The notes beneath the pieces were generated by a model. It ran no database searches, had not been told where the DNA came from, and saw nothing but the letters and a program-made list of their open reading frames with translations. Source: Amphiscolops sp. MND2022 (Eukaryota). Taken from it: a DNA stretch of 64,000 bases. The position numbers and the translations under genes were made by a program. Below, piece after piece: positions 62,676-64,000 of this stretch (positions are counted from its first letter, which is position 1; the number at the start of each line of letters is the position of its first letter). The stretch covers positions 71,240,001-71,304,000 of the forward strand of contig OZ076409.1 in the NCBI GenBank assembly GCA_964187785.1, written 5' to 3'.

Positions 62676-64000
62676 GCTAGGTGGATGTTATTTTATAATA
62701 ATTAAAGTGTTTTTTCCGGAGTTTGTGGCTTTGGAAAAAACAGAAGTCGAGAAATTTGGCACTCCAGGCTGATCCTGTCTAGTCCAAAATATACTATCAA
62801 AAATGACCCATTTTTCTCCGATCTCGAAACCCAACCGTAGGATTTGGCTGAAAATTTGCATGTGGCTCCAAGTCAATGAGTGATGAAAAAGTGTAGAAGT
62901 GACTTTTCCTGGGAAAATTGTTTTTGTTGCACTTTTTGCGCAATTTTTGGCCGATTGTTGCGTTTTTTATGTCACTTTCGACTTTTCAGGCAAAAAACTC
63001 ATGGATGCTTTGATCCTAGCGCATCAAGTGTTACGACCAAAAAGTTACAACATGTTCTTTTACGTATGCTGAGAAAATTTGGTCGCAATCGTATTACCCC
63101 CCACTGAGATAGAGGGGAACTTCCGGTGGATTTTAGCACCCTGAAAACGAGGACCTCCTCAATTTCAGCAGGAAGCGGTAGTTTTAGCGTTCTCATACCC
63201 TGCTGACGTTTTGTTGGGCATATTGAGTTAGTCATGATATCATGTGTTCAGTTCACCCCCATCACCCCCTGGACCGGAAATGAACTTTTTGTGCACTATC
63301 ATACCGGAAGTCTCCAATTTCAACGTTAAGCAGTCCTTGTACGAGCAACTACCAGGACATCAAAATTGAAGTACCACCTAAAGTCAATGCAGTGACTACG
63401 TGTTGTCCAGTCATAGGTTCCGCAATGACCGGAAATGGGGTCAAATCCCCCTTTTTTGTTGCTTTTTAACAATTTGACTAGTGTTTGGTCCACATTCAAG
63501 TCACATAATTCAATTGAACCAGTGTGAGCATAAACTGTATGTTCACTGCGTAGACGTAACTGACACTGACAGGTACCGGAAGTAACCCCCCCATAACCGG
63601 AAGTTGTCATTTTTGACCGGAAATGGTCCAAAATGTAGCGTAAAATCAGTTTTTCACTGCTTTTTGAAGTCAATTTAATTCATTTTCAATATTGGCGAGC
63701 TTGTATTCAGGTTCGTTTTTGTTACCCGTGCACTTTGCAACAAATATACATCTGTAAAGTTTTCTCCATAATATCTTCGGATAGAGAAATAACGTGTTTT
63801 CGGGACTTTTTTCAAAAATATTACACTATATCTGTCATTTTTACCCAAAGTTTTTCAACAGTACAACCACAGTGGTTAGTCTCTGCCCAAATGTATGCCT
63901 AACAAAACTATTTGGCCCATTGACCTCAGTTTGAGCGTTCCAGCTTTGCGTGGTCATAAGCTAAGGGACTTGAAAAATTTTCAAACTTTTTCAAAAAAAC
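62676..64000 (+). mobile_element. Third unit type, truncated by the window edge
   Basis: Starts GCTAGGTGGATG. Has gatctcgaaacccaaccgtaggatttggctgaaaattt (~62820), many ACCGGAART motifs, and a diverged copy of the short-class central block at ~63905-64000. Confidence 0.6.

Larger units (their letters stand above)
1..64000 (+). repeat. Composite tandem array of ~2.0 kb and ~1.28 kb non-coding units sharing a conserved core and GCTAGGTG junction
   Basis: GCTAGGTG junctions read at 84, 1367, 3359, 5351, 7321, 9292, 11265, 13237, 15208, 16494, 17781 (CCTAGGTG), 19053, 20323, 21611, 23582, 25551, 27543, 29530, 30408, 32402, 34374, 36348, 38339, 40326, 41598, 43569, 44848, 46822, 48816, 50809, 52782, 54749, 56723, 58719, 60704, 62676. 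Each is preceded by the RGGCATGCCGAGGCATGCCYTTCGACGAC core. All are in the same orientation. Confidence 0.97.

Noticed and set aside
63326..63673. 115-aa minus-strand ORF in the terminal unit
   Set aside because: It overlaps the ACCGGAAR motif cluster and shows no recognisable protein features, so it is likely chance.
1..64000. rDNA, 5S, tRNA or histone tandem cluster; hammerhead ribozyme
   Set aside because: I found no recognisable rRNA, tRNA or histone sequence and no conserved CTGANGA...GAAA core by eye. An Rfam scan would be the decisive check.

Overview
The window has no credible protein-coding or known RNA gene. It is one head-to-tail, same-orientation array of non-coding units. I counted by eye 36 copies of a conserved ~120-bp core ending in the 8-mer GCTAGGTG (one CCTAGGTG variant), giving 35 complete units and partial units at both edges. 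The units fall into two narrow size classes. There are 26 long units of 1967-1996 bp plus one internally deleted 878-bp copy, and 8 short units of 1270-1288 bp from at least four divergent subfamilies. A third, very different unit type starts at 62676. Unit types switch right after GCTAGGTG. All complete units share an architecture: a hairpin centred about 49 bp after the junction (broken in the deleted copy), a long bulged hairpin 300 or 455 bp before the next junction, an AT-rich tract, paired TCAACGCC direct repeats, a palindromic 20-mer matching the p53 response-element consensus at 19/20, and a 25-40 bp variable tail. This looks like a cassette-like array of non-autonomous mobile or replicating elements rather than a simple satellite. 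It is probably from an animal genome, but that is inference. The mobilising enzyme is not in the window, so the mechanism (rolling-circle/HUH or site-specific recombination) is a hypothesis.
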